DNA from: a virus
Taxonomy: Duplodnaviria; Heunggongvirae; Uroviricota; Caudoviricetes
Length of the DNA: 64,000 nt
Direction: 5' to 3' (one strand)
IMG/VR virus record: IMGVR_UViG_3300007072_000340
Coordinates: 30,216-94,215 of that record
A program made the translations under genes and the position numbers. This document shows positions 18,801 to 27,773 of this stretch, in pieces. Under the pieces are notes generated by a model. The model was not told the origin of the DNA and ran no database searches. It saw only the letters and a program-made list of their open reading frames with translations. Numbering within the stretch: the stretch's first letter is position 1; each line of letters begins with the position of its first letter.

Positions 18801-18901
18801 CGCCCCGGCACCCAATCCACCTCGATTATCAGAATCGACTCTAGGCCATGCCGTTGAGCCAACCTCGCCAAACCTTGAGGCGAAATGCTACGCATTGGCA
18901 T
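15890..18901 (-). CDS. Large tail protein (distal tail, host-specificity or hub candidate)
   Basis: 1003 aa; last large gene of the tail block, downstream of the fibre paralogues; G-rich loop regions typical of tail-tip proteins. Confidence 0.5.
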   Translation of the reverse strand: MPMRSISPQGLARLAQRHGLESILIIEVDWVPGRAPRSYADRDVDTIPGRIIEVGDLDNVIGVSQNNSSQSLDVTLDDTDGTIKAIFDGHDVHKRDARVYQWFEGLDLSDKFLLFAGKISSPVVWNERDRTVKFTVVSQLEDREIGFSAEEGQFPYLPADLVGKAWPMIFGTVQDCPALQINHAVTGTTLTGVGVIAGSDLYGRFPLYNTGSNEDAGIFASLCQISAQISTLWCAMACWEGVDDAKADDMLDQINQLEEQRGKIVAQAMARKLCAQWQRQKQLADANAKGLGPNPIKVLGGEDFPQDTPLVIDINGAWFWGHFHGQDFFVTRRYSEQLAQQAQDSYNQQTEECPYEDRGGSVIKYDYRQEVPCSCMWADFGTCECRHHGFIIQTGSGSADQKSADPILQQFWADAGATVRIHSGEPITYIVSITPGQVLAVKAYKQFTGERRLIAVPNNLYRVETKTYGSVTAVQIVFDKPLSTITDQGWSDDIYVTFQATAPTYGPNVVDILIHLITTYTDLGYDATSFNYVKEKLGRFPANFPILDRKNTLQVLQEIAYQARCALWISNGKFYIKYLPEEPAAADTITVSDMDADKGVEVALTPTEDLVTKMTVKWRVSWAPGPTDREKDKSEKTMILRHNVTRYGIQEEEYDWYIYNQPDTILKCATFWLIRKSHTWKRIKFQTFLPKLNLETFDCVNLNFAGGYVASAAVKALVEKANYNSADNTVDFECLVPVKAGTMSLYPFFWPANLEASATWPPSEDVLNNDCGGGGIGMGAAGTLPVGITEGIGSGGVVWVGGPNVVFRPQSDWGDRHPADTGYTAQTVINPAVYAELDASPKPRLNLRTYTVRPSDPPALMPLPGGISIDIARTKFVDSSGDNPQAHATLNTLLKGISENGELMLRDDALVASDAVPDGAPLNTLIYVTSDNYVALSSDAYVADDAHPMGAALRDALAIGESEYLCLQSDVWITGGDGEETSFDFRYDDETGVYGAGTAFLQD

Positions 18902-19598
18902 ACTCCCACGTCAGGCCGTGATGCGTCTTACGCCGACCACGTAGACACGCGACCACGTGCGCCGGTTGATGCCCTGCGGTTCTCACAGCGTTGATCGAGT
19001 CAAACTGATGAACGCACACACCAAACAAGTCAAATGCACGCACCGGTGTGAAGAGATGCCGCTTCTTGTCTCGCAGTCGCAGCTTTGTCGCCGCGCTGTG
19101 CTTTCGCCCTATTTGACTTTGGGACATTCTCTGGCGTGTTTCACTCGTGTGGCGGCTGCCACGCTTACCGGCACTGATCTTGGCGCGGATGTCTACGCTG
19201 ACCATCTTGCCTCTGTGAGCGGCACCGATCTTGCGTCGAGTCTCCTCGGCGACCACAAATCCTGACCGACCCTCGCCACCATCGGTAAGATTGCACAGCG
19301 GACCGCGCCGCAAGTCCCGCCGACCGATACAACGGATCAACTGCTTCTCAAACGCAAAAGCCTCTTCTTCCAATAGATGATCCATCACGATCTCAATCTC
19401 GGGCTGAACGCCAGCCACGAGCATCTTCCTCAACGTAGCATAGAAGAATCGGCAGCCACCGGACCGCGGCAAGGACTCCTGGCAGCGCGCCAAGTGAACA
19501 TAGGCTCGCTCGCCGCTGCCCTTGCCAACATAAAATGGAGGCCCATACTCGGGGTCTACGTCTGGTTTGTAGTAGGCGTAGATGTAGAAGTCACTCAC
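18888..19598 (-). CDS. GIY-YIG homing endonuclease with NUMOD3-like repeats
   Basis: FYIYAYYKPD...PFYVGKGSGERAYVH (GIY-YIG); C-terminal SEETRRKIGAAHRGK / SETRQRMSQSQIGRK repeats; inserted between two tail genes. Confidence 0.75.
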   Translation of the reverse strand: MSDFYIYAYYKPDVDPEYGPPFYVGKGSGERAYVHLARCQESLPRSGGCRFFYATLRKMLVAGVQPEIEIVMDHLLEEEAFAFEKQLIRCIGRRDLRRGPLCNLTDGGEGRSGFVVAEETRRKIGAAHRGKMVSVDIRAKISAGKRGSRHTSETRQRMSQSQIGRKHSAATKLRLRDKKRHLFTPVRAFDLFGVCVHQFDSINAVRTAGHQPAHVVACLRGRRKTHHGLTWEYANA

Positions 19599-19993
19599 TG
19601 CTCCACTCCCTCGAACTCGATTTCGACGACCTGCGACTCGCCGCGCGGGAGCGGTGCAATCGCCGGGGCCGCCCGGTCGGACGTGTCAAACTCGAACGGG
19701 TTGTTCACGAAGTTGCCGATCCAGACTCGCCCGTTGTGGTCGGTGACGCGAATCTTGGAGGCGAAGTAGGACCGGAAGAAGGCCCGGACTTCCAGGCCCT
19801 TATTGCGCGTGAGCTTGAAGGTCCACCTCAGCTTCCGCCTGGCGTTGCGGCGCTTGACGTAGGTGTAGCGCGTGCCGTCCATCGCCAGCTTCCGTGTCAC
19901 GGTGGCCAGCAGCCCCTCCTGGTCGCTGAACTGTGGGTTGGGGAGCAGCGAGGTGGTCTGGATCGCCGGGTGGGGTGCCTCAAACGTGAACAT
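19595..19993 (-). CDS. Hypothetical tail-associated protein
   Basis: Start taken at MFTFEAPHP; sits between tail genes. Confidence 0.4.
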   Translation of the reverse strand: MFTFEAPHPAIQTTSLLPNPQFSDQEGLLATVTRKLAMDGTRYTYVKRRNARRKLRWTFKLTRNKGLEVRAFFRSYFASKIRVTDHNGRVWIGNFVNNPFEFDTSDRAAPAIAPLPRGESQVVEIEFEGVEQ

Positions 19994-19995
19994 CG

Positions 19996-22452
19996 CTACG
20001 GCTCCCAGGTGGCGGGTTCGCACTCAAGCTCGAAGCTAATCGTGAAGCCGCTGCGGTCGTCCTGCACGGTGGGCTCGGCCGGGTTCATAATCACGCCCTT
20101 CCAGTAGAATCCCTCCCAATCCACGAACCCCACCTCCAGCCCGAGGTGGCCTTCCACGAAGTCCAGGTACGCCTGGACCTGCTTCCGGCTCAGGCCCTTG
20201 ATGGTGAGCACCTGGGTCTCGACCTTCGGCCAAATGGGATCGGCGAAGACGACCAGCGTGCCGCCCCGCGTCTCACGGCTGATGCGGTTGAATTGCAGCC
20301 GATCCTTGTTGCCGAACTCGGGGTTCCGCAGGTCCACGTGCTCGGTCGGGTGCGACACGGGGTAGACCAGCCGGCAATTGCCGATCCCTGATAAGGGCGT
20401 CGGGCAGGTCGCCGAGGGCGGGGTCGGCGCACCAGGAACGCCCTCCCCAACGAAGGGGTGGTACTGGTGCAGGACATCCGCCGAAACCAGCACGAACGCA
20501 ACGGCCTGCCCGAGGTTCAGCGAGTCGGATACCGCCAACGTGGCCCGGCTGATGACCACCGTGGCCGCATGGGCAAGCGCCAGGGTGCTGGAGACAACCT
20601 TGGAGGCGACGACCTCGGCCGCCTGCACAAGCGAAAGGCTGTCTGCCGCCTGCTGAGCGGTGCGGAAAAACGGCAACTGGGCTACGACGTTGCTGTCGGT
20701 CAGGCTCAGGACATCCGTCGCCTCGCAGGCGATGGCGTCCGCGTGAATCACGACGCCCAGCGCCCGATCCGACAGCGACAGCACGCTCCGCGCTCCATAG
20801 GGCGCGCCATGGACCACCGCCACGTCGGCCCGGTCCTGGAGGCCGACGTAGTATGGAACCAATTGGCCTGTGACGGGATCGAAGTTGTAGTGAAGCTCCT
20901 GGAGGGTGCCGCCCGCCGAGCCGATCTCCACCCCGGAACGGGCCTTGTCCGTCAGGTGCAGCGTATTTGCCGCCGAGACCTGCTTGACGAAGCCGACCGT
21001 GGCCCGGTGCGACAGGCCGATGAGATCGTCGTGGGCCGCCAGGCGGGTATTTGTGGCGTCCGCCGAGTGATTCAGCATCAGCGTGCTCGACGCGCGGCGG
21101 ATGTTGTCCACCAGCGCCTCGTGCGACAGGCTGAGGGTATCCACCACCAGCTTCGCCACGCTGGCGGTTGCCTGGTGCGTCAGCGACAGCGCGGCAACGG
21201 CGCTCCGCGACCGCACTGCCGATTTCACGGCCATGTGCGTCAATGCGAGCGTGTCTGCGCGCCGACGAGTGAAAACCCAGTTGGACTCGGCCTGATGGGT
21301 CAAGGCCAGGTCGTCGTGAGCCAGCCGGATAACCGACGCCTCCGCCACATCGGTCAAGGTCAAGGTGTGCGTACCGACCTTGCACAGGTCGCCGACTGCC
21401 GTTTGGCCCAGTGCCAAGGTATCTGCGGCGGGGCGCAGATAGTCCACCTTGACCGTCGCCTGCTCGACCAGGGCCAGCGTCTCCTGGGCGACGGGCCGGG
21501 CGTAGACCACCAGGACGCTCGCCTCGTGGATCGGCGTCAAGGTGTCGAAGCCGCGCCGCAGCAGGTCCACCTGCGCCAGATGCGTCAGCGACAGCGATTG
21601 CTGGACCGGCTTGATGTGCTCGGCCACCGCCTCGTCCACGACCTCCAGCACGTCGATGCTATGGACCCGTTTCGCATAGGCGACCGTGGCCTCTTCGGTG
21701 ACGCTCAGAGTATCTACGGCCAGCCGGTCGAACACGGTCACTTGAGACGCCTCGTGCGCCACATCCACCATATCCACGACGGGCTTGATTACGTCGCCGG
21801 TCGCCACGTGCGACAACGACAACGTAGTCACCACCGGCCGGATGCAATCTCCTCCGGCCTCGTCGCTCAGCACAAGCGACTGCTCCGCCGAGACCTGGTA
21901 GATTTTCCCGCCCGTGGCCTCGTCGCTCAGCGCCAGGGTATGCTCGGCGACGACCTCGCGGACCAGGTTGCGCTCGGCCAGGTGCGCAATCGCAAGGGTG
22001 CTCGTGCTGCCGACGTTGATTGCGACCTGGGCCGTGTCCGCACTGTGCGTCAAGGCCAAGGTGTGGGCCGCGCTCAGACTATAGACACCCTGCGGGTTGC
22101 CTAGGACTTCAACGACCTGATGCTGGACGCGGGCGCTGCCGCCCGCGGGCGCGTTGCCCGCAATCTCGACGAACTGCTGGATGACGTGCTTAGCGGTCGT
22201 CTTCTCCGCGAGAACGGCCACTGCCTGGCGGGTGACGCGCAACCCGGAGGGCGGCGGGTCGCCAAGCACGGCCACGCACTGGCGGGTGACTTGTGCGGGG
22301 CCGGCGGACGAAAGCACTTCCACGTACTGCCGGCTGACGCGCAACTTCGAGTCGCCCGATGCGAGCACCTCAACGTACTGCCGAGTGACCCGCGCTTTGC
22401 CGTCTCCGGTGCCCAGCACGTCGGCATACTGTCGTGTGACTCGCAGTGCCAT
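19996..22452 (-). CDS. Tail protein with N-terminal tandem RVTRQYVEVL repeats and internal L(S/T)LTH repeats
   Basis: About five N-terminal ~17-aa repeats (LRVTRQYADVLGTGDGKA, RVTRQYVEVLASGDSKL...) and about 20 degenerate ~13-aa repeats; C-terminal ~150 aa globular domain. Confidence 0.6.
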   Translation of the reverse strand: MALRVTRQYADVLGTGDGKARVTRQYVEVLASGDSKLRVSRQYVEVLSSAGPAQVTRQCVAVLGDPPPSGLRVTRQAVAVLAEKTTAKHVIQQFVEIAGNAPAGGSARVQHQVVEVLGNPQGVYSLSAAHTLALTHSADTAQVAINVGSTSTLAIAHLAERNLVREVVAEHTLALSDEATGGKIYQVSAEQSLVLSDEAGGDCIRPVVTTLSLSHVATGDVIKPVVDMVDVAHEASQVTVFDRLAVDTLSVTEEATVAYAKRVHSIDVLEVVDEAVAEHIKPVQQSLSLTHLAQVDLLRRGFDTLTPIHEASVLVVYARPVAQETLALVEQATVKVDYLRPAADTLALGQTAVGDLCKVGTHTLTLTDVAEASVIRLAHDDLALTHQAESNWVFTRRRADTLALTHMAVKSAVRSRSAVAALSLTHQATASVAKLVVDTLSLSHEALVDNIRRASSTLMLNHSADATNTRLAAHDDLIGLSHRATVGFVKQVSAANTLHLTDKARSGVEIGSAGGTLQELHYNFDPVTGQLVPYYVGLQDRADVAVVHGAPYGARSVLSLSDRALGVVIHADAIACEATDVLSLTDSNVVAQLPFFRTAQQAADSLSLVQAAEVVASKVVSSTLALAHAATVVISRATLAVSDSLNLGQAVAFVLVSADVLHQYHPFVGEGVPGAPTPPSATCPTPLSGIGNCRLVYPVSHPTEHVDLRNPEFGNKDRLQFNRISRETRGGTLVVFADPIWPKVETQVLTIKGLSRKQVQAYLDFVEGHLGLEVGFVDWEGFYWKGVIMNPAEPTVQDDRSGFTISFELECEPATWEP

Positions 22453-22453
22453 G

Positions 22454-23509
22454 CTAGCCCACCTTTATGCCGAACTGAGTCGCATCGAAGGCACCGGGCG
22501 TCCAATCGGCCCCCTCCGTGTCGCTCTCCATGACGCGCACGTGGGTCTCGTAGCTGGTGCCGGCAACGTCCCTTGCAGACCCCTCCGAGACTGAGGTTCC
22601 CTCTGCGCGCTGGAGCAGCGTGAAGTTGTTGGCGTCCGTTTCCCGGCAATCGGCGCACAACCCCACCCCCTTCAAGGCCGTGAAGCCAGCGCTGCTGACA
22701 TCGCCGTACTCGAACTGGTCCAGATGGCCGCTGGTGCTCGACTCCACGTAATCGGTGTCGTCGTTGCACGGATTCTCGTCGAGCATCGCGCAATGGTCCG
22801 TGCCGGACTGCGGCGTCCAGTCTTGCTTTCCCGCGACATCCGACGCCGGGCGGCACGTCACCACCTTCACGACCCCGAGGAAGTCGTTGCACTTCGATCC
22901 CGTGGCGTCGCAGACGTAGAAGTCGTCAACATACAGCGTGAAGCCGTTGGTCTGTTCGAGTCTCACCTTGTCGTGGTAGCCGTGCGTCAGATAGCCTGAC
23001 TTCGTGTCAATGCCGGAGAGGCTCAGTTTGGTCGTCCCATTGACCCGCACCTCAACCGTGCCGGCTGTGTCGTGGCAGTAGACCTTAGCCTCAACATAGG
23101 TCCAGCAGCCCCGGCGCAGGTTGGAACCGCTCGTGCAACCCAGAAGCACATCGGTTCCTTCGTTCCGCCAGACCTCGATCTCCCCGGACCAGCCGTTGTA
23201 CCACAGATAGATGCCGAGGGCCGAACCGTCGCGCAGGCCGATAATGTAGCCGTTGTAGCCCGTGTCACTGAGGCAAATGCCCAAGCCGACGATCAACGTC
23301 GGGTCCGTGGTCAAGGCCGGTGTTTCCACGTAATAGGCTGTTGCAAGGCTCCGTCCATTACCAGGGATGCGGGGGTCCCGAACGTAGAGGCTTGAACTGC
23401 CAGTGGCATACTTCCGGCCGACGATCCCAGCCGGCTGGGCGGATGACCCTACCGTGGTGCCGTAACTGTCGAAGCCGTCAATCCACAGAAGAGCCATACC
23501 TACCTCCAC
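22454..23509 (-). CDS. Jelly-roll (ConA/LamG-like) tail fibre / receptor-binding candidate, paralogue 5
   Basis: MALLWIDGFDSYGTT... N-terminus and WTPGAFDATQFGIKVG C-terminus shared with paralogues; variable middle. Confidence 0.5.
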   Translation of the reverse strand: MEVGMALLWIDGFDSYGTTVGSSAQPAGIVGRKYATGSSSLYVRDPRIPGNGRSLATAYYVETPALTTDPTLIVGLGICLSDTGYNGYIIGLRDGSALGIYLWYNGWSGEIEVWRNEGTDVLLGCTSGSNLRRGCWTYVEAKVYCHDTAGTVEVRVNGTTKLSLSGIDTKSGYLTHGYHDKVRLEQTNGFTLYVDDFYVCDATGSKCNDFLGVVKVVTCRPASDVAGKQDWTPQSGTDHCAMLDENPCNDDTDYVESSTSGHLDQFEYGDVSSAGFTALKGVGLCADCRETDANNFTLLQRAEGTSVSEGSARDVAGTSYETHVRVMESDTEGADWTPGAFDATQFGIKVG

Positions 23510-24564
23510 TACGCCAACTTCACGCCAAACTGGGTCGAGTCCAGATTGGATTTTGTCCAGCCTGCGCCTTCGGGATCGGCTGCCATCAGACGCACGAGCG
23601 TCCGAAACCCCGTGCCCCCGATCTCGCGGGCCTCACCGTCCGATTGGGTCGTCAGCTTCGCCGGCATCTTGATGCTGAAGGGCTGGGCGTCCGTTTCAGC
23701 GCATTCCGTGCAAATGTTGAGGCCGCGGATTGTGCCAATATCGGCAGGTGAGTCTGCGTACTCGAAAAGGTCGGTGTTCCCGGACGCGCCCGTCTCGATA
23801 TAGTCCGTGTTGTCGTTGGCCGGGTTTTCGTCCACCATCGCGTAATGATCGCCGCCAGATTGCGGTGTCCAGTCCTTCGCGCCGGCCACATCGGCGCTGG
23901 GCCGCAGTGCCACCACCTTGACTGGACCAAGAAAATCGTTGGCTGAACCGCCGGTCCCGTCGCATACGTAGAAGTCGTCGTAAAGCGGGCCGTAGTTTGG
24001 CCCAAGACTGGCCATTCCCGCCCGGTCGTAGTACGCCAGCGTGTCGCGCTTCGTGTCCACATTGGTAAGGCTTAGCTTCGTCTTTCCGTTGACCCGGACT
24101 TCAACCGCCCCTGCTGCATCGTGGCAGTAGACCTTCAGTTCGACGTAGTTCCAACGGTGATTGGCAATCCGTGCCCCCGACGTTGTGCCAAGCAGCACCG
24201 CTGTCCCGCCGTCACGGTACACCGATAGTTCGCCTGTCCGCGCCGTAAGGTAAAGGTAAATGCCTCGGGTCGCGCCGTTATAGAGGCCCATCAGGGTAGC
24301 CGATACTCCCGTGGCAATGTCGCCGTTGTACTGCCGGTAGGCAAAGCCGACGATCAATGTCGGGTCGGTGGTCAACGACGGGGTGATGAACGTTCCCGTG
24401 TAGGAGCCTTGAAGCGAGAAGCCGTTGTTTGGAATGCGGGGCGTATCACTGCGGAATGGGTCGTAACACGGCATGTACCGCCGCTCCATGCACCGCGACG
24501 GTGAATGGAGCGAACCGGCAACGCTGCCGTAGTTGTCGAAGCCATCAAACCAGAGCAGAGCCAT
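23509..24564 (-). CDS. Jelly-roll tail fibre / RBP candidate, paralogue 4
   Basis: MALLWFDGFDNYGSV...WTKSNLDSTQFGVKLA. Confidence 0.5.
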   Translation of the reverse strand: MALLWFDGFDNYGSVAGSLHSPSRCMERRYMPCYDPFRSDTPRIPNNGFSLQGSYTGTFITPSLTTDPTLIVGFAYRQYNGDIATGVSATLMGLYNGATRGIYLYLTARTGELSVYRDGGTAVLLGTTSGARIANHRWNYVELKVYCHDAAGAVEVRVNGKTKLSLTNVDTKRDTLAYYDRAGMASLGPNYGPLYDDFYVCDGTGGSANDFLGPVKVVALRPSADVAGAKDWTPQSGGDHYAMVDENPANDNTDYIETGASGNTDLFEYADSPADIGTIRGLNICTECAETDAQPFSIKMPAKLTTQSDGEAREIGGTGFRTLVRLMAADPEGAGWTKSNLDSTQFGVKLA

Positions 24565-24573
24565 AGCCCACCT

Positions 24574-25605
24574 CTAGCCTACCTTCACGCCGAACTGGTA
24601 CGAGTTGAGGGCCGCCGCAGTCCAGGCGTCGGAGCCGCCGGGCTGCGCCTCCATGATTCGCACGACCTCGCTGTAATCGACGCCGACCGTCTGGGCTGAA
24701 TCCTCCGATTCGTAGCCGCCGCCGGACTTCGCCAACGTCTTCAAGTCGGAACACTGTGCATCCGTTGCACGGGCCAGCGTGACCACTTGAACGGCATGGA
24801 TGGTGTCGCCGATGTCCGTTGCGTCCGTGTAGTGCCACAACTCCTTCCGGTCAGCCACAGCGCTCTCCACGTAGTCGCTGTCGTCGTTGGCGAGCGGGAA
24901 GTCATCGACATACGTGTGGTGCTCCCCGCCACCGCTGGCATCCCAGTGGGCCGCGTCTCCTGCCGCATTCGGCGTGATCGTGGTAATCTTCACCGGGCCT
25001 AGGAAATCGTTGTTTCGGGACCCGGTGGAGTCACACACATAGAAGTTGTCGATCGTGGAGCCGCGAGTGAAGTACAGGGTGTTGTGGTAATTGATCGACG
25101 CATCCGCCTGGGTGTCGCCGGTGAACGTGTAGATGGTTCTGCCGCCGTAGCGAACCTCGATCGTCCCGGCCGTGTCGTCACAGTACACCTTCAGTTCGAT
25201 CCAATGCCAGCGATTGATCTGAAAGGCGTTTCCCGTGCTCGTCGTGCCAAGGAGTGTCCCACCGCGGTACACACGTAACTCGCGGGTCGAACCTGATACG
25301 TAATACTCCAGGCTGACGCCGACCGTGTTGTCGGAGCACATGCGGACCAGCCAGTTGGTGGAAGCGCTGTTGGGCCTGAACGCGAAGCCGACGATCAACG
25401 TGCGGTCGGTCGTCAACGGGGGCGTCCCACAGAAGTTGTAAGTGGCGTACATATTGACGGCGCTGCCGCCACACTGGCCAGCCGCCCAAGGGTAGCTGTT
25501 GTTAACAACGTCAGCGCCGGTCCAGTCGTACCGCCGCGCCACGTAGGCGTTCAAGTAGCCGGACGATCCGCCTCCCTCAAAGCCGTCCATCCAGAGAAGC
25601 GCCAT
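24574..25605 (-). CDS. Jelly-roll tail fibre / RBP candidate, paralogue 3
   Basis: MALLWMDGFEGGGSS...WTAAALNSYQFGVKVG. Confidence 0.5.
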   Translation of the reverse strand: MALLWMDGFEGGGSSGYLNAYVARRYDWTGADVVNNSYPWAAGQCGGSAVNMYATYNFCGTPPLTTDRTLIVGFAFRPNSASTNWLVRMCSDNTVGVSLEYYVSGSTRELRVYRGGTLLGTTSTGNAFQINRWHWIELKVYCDDTAGTIEVRYGGRTIYTFTGDTQADASINYHNTLYFTRGSTIDNFYVCDSTGSRNNDFLGPVKITTITPNAAGDAAHWDASGGGEHHTYVDDFPLANDDSDYVESAVADRKELWHYTDATDIGDTIHAVQVVTLARATDAQCSDLKTLAKSGGGYESEDSAQTVGVDYSEVVRIMEAQPGGSDAWTAAALNSYQFGVKVG

Positions 25606-25616
25606 GCTGCACCCCG

Positions 25617-26648
25617 TTAGCCCAAAAGCACGCCGAATTGAGCCAAACCGATGTTGTCCAGCGTCCAGGCGTTGTTGCTCGGGTCTTTCTCCATGACGCG
25701 GGTCTTCGTCAGAAAGCCGTCATTGTCCACCGCCACCGCGCTGCCGTCGCTTTGGACCCCGGACAGCTTGCACGGCTGAAGCAGGTTAAACGTGGTCGCC
25801 TGCGTCCGCCGCGTTTCCGAGTTGATTTGGACGCCGATCACGTCGTTCTCCATAGCCGTGGCCGGAATGTCCTCGTAGGCATACAGGTCCAGGTTCCCGG
25901 AACCGGCTGTAGCGACGTAGGTGCCGTTGTCGTCCATGACTGGCTCTTCGACGCAATCCCAATTGTTGCCCGCCGAGGGTGTCCACTGCGCCGCATCGCC
26001 GGCCCCGTTCGGGAAGATCGTGACAACGTGCTTGACGCCGAGAAAGGTGTTCGCCGGCGCGCTGCCGCTGCCGTCCAGGCAGTAGAGATCGTCGAACGTC
26101 GGGTTCTCGCCCCACACGTCCTGGATGCGGAACGTCGTGTGATAGTTGTTCGAGCCCGCCTTCGTGTTCACGCTGGTGGCGCTCAGCACGTTGACGGTAT
26201 CGACACGGACCTCGTAGCTGCCCGTGGTGGCGTTGCACACCACCTTGAATTCGACGTAGTACCAAGTGTTCGTCTGAAGACCGAGGCCCGTTGTAACGCC
26301 GAGTTGCGTGTCCGCCCGGTAGACCGCGAGGTTCCCGCCCGAAACCCACCGCAGGTTCACGCCTCGCGTGGCCCCGTCGTAGAACGTCAGAAACTCGTGG
26401 TTCAGGCCGTTCAGCGTCTTGTACGCCAGTCCAACAAATAGCGTGGCATTGGTCGTCAGATCAGGCGCTTTGAACGCACAGGTGTCCAGGACAAACTTGA
26501 GGGCATAGCCTGCCCATCGGCCCGTCACCACCTGAAAGCCATTCTCGGACACAACCGTGTATTTACGCCCGTAGACGCCGCTCGGCGACGGCGCGCTGCC
26601 GACCGTCGTACCGAATCCCTCGAAGCCTTCGATCCAGAGCAATGCCAT
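25617..26648 (-). CDS. Jelly-roll tail fibre / RBP candidate, paralogue 2
   Basis: MALLWIEGFEGFGTT...WTLDNIGLAQFGVLLG. Confidence 0.5.
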   Translation of the reverse strand: MALLWIEGFEGFGTTVGSAPSPSGVYGRKYTVVSENGFQVVTGRWAGYALKFVLDTCAFKAPDLTTNATLFVGLAYKTLNGLNHEFLTFYDGATRGVNLRWVSGGNLAVYRADTQLGVTTGLGLQTNTWYYVEFKVVCNATTGSYEVRVDTVNVLSATSVNTKAGSNNYHTTFRIQDVWGENPTFDDLYCLDGSGSAPANTFLGVKHVVTIFPNGAGDAAQWTPSAGNNWDCVEEPVMDDNGTYVATAGSGNLDLYAYEDIPATAMENDVIGVQINSETRRTQATTFNLLQPCKLSGVQSDGSAVAVDNDGFLTKTRVMEKDPSNNAWTLDNIGLAQFGVLLG

Positions 26649-26659
26649 GTTTCACCTCG

Positions 26660-27697
26660 CTACGCCAGTTTGACGCCGAACTGGGCCGCGTTCAGTTCGT
26701 CCAGCGTCCAGGGACTCCCCGTGTCGGGATTCGTTTCAAGGAGCCGGGTGATGTACCGGCCGGTGTTGGTTGACGTGACGAGCGTGGCGATTCCGTCGTT
26801 CTGCGTGGCGGACTTGACGGGCTGCTTGACGTTCCACGGTACGCCATCCACCGTCGAAAGCACCTGGGTGTTGACCTGCACCCCCACAATCCCGCCCGTC
26901 AGGTCGGGGACGCTCTCGTAGTTGTACAGGTCCGCGTTGTCGGTCACGTCCGTGGAGACATAATCGCTGCTGCTCGGCGGGACCTCATCGACGCAGGCGT
27001 AGTTGCTACCGGCCGAAGGGGTCCACTGGGTCAAGTCCCCGGCTGCATTCGGCTTGATGGCGACTACTTGCTTGCGGCCAATGAAATCGTTGTTCGCCGC
27101 ACCCGTGCCATCGAGAATGTAGAGATCGTCGAACCGCAGCACGCAGGATGAATTGATGCCGCGAAACTGAACCTTGCAGTGGTAATCATCGCTTCCACCC
27201 TTGGTGTTGATGCCGGTGAGGTTCAGCTTCTCTTGCTCATTGACGCGAATCGTCACGGTGCCGTTTGTATTGTGGCAGTAGACCTTCAGCTCGATATGAC
27301 ACCAGACGCCGGCCTGAATGTTGGCCCCGGAAGTCGTGCCCAGGAGATTCCCTTCGCCCCGGTAAACGCTGATTTCCCCCGTGGACCGGAGACAAAAGTG
27401 TATGGACCTGGTGGTGCGGTCCCAGAGGGCAACATTTGACAGGTAGTAGACGGCATCTGCCAACTGTGCCGTCTTGAAATTGAATCCGACGATCAACGTC
27501 GGGTCAGTGGTCAGGACGCCGGGCGTGGTGAAGTAGATGTCACTGTCGTACAACTCCACGGCGAGCCCGCTCCAGCGGCCTGCGCGCAGCAAGTAATAGC
27601 TTGACCAACTGGACATGCCGTACTTGCCCGTCATGGGCGTGTAAGCGGAAGCGTTAAGCGTGTTGTACGCCTCGAAGCCGTCGATCCAGAGCAACAT
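26660..27697 (-). CDS. Jelly-roll tail fibre / RBP candidate, paralogue 1
   Basis: MLLWIDGFEAYNTL...WTLDELNAAQFGVKLA. Confidence 0.5.
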   Translation of the reverse strand: MLLWIDGFEAYNTLNASAYTPMTGKYGMSSWSSYYLLRAGRWSGLAVELYDSDIYFTTPGVLTTDPTLIVGFNFKTAQLADAVYYLSNVALWDRTTRSIHFCLRSTGEISVYRGEGNLLGTTSGANIQAGVWCHIELKVYCHNTNGTVTIRVNEQEKLNLTGINTKGGSDDYHCKVQFRGINSSCVLRFDDLYILDGTGAANNDFIGRKQVVAIKPNAAGDLTQWTPSAGSNYACVDEVPPSSSDYVSTDVTDNADLYNYESVPDLTGGIVGVQVNTQVLSTVDGVPWNVKQPVKSATQNDGIATLVTSTNTGRYITRLLETNPDTGSPWTLDELNAAQFGVKLA

Positions 27698-27773
27698 GGC
27701 GCGCCCCCAAGGAAGAGATGGCCGGGCCGGGAAAGCGCCTCCCGGCCCGGCCGCGGCGAGGGAGTACGGTGGG

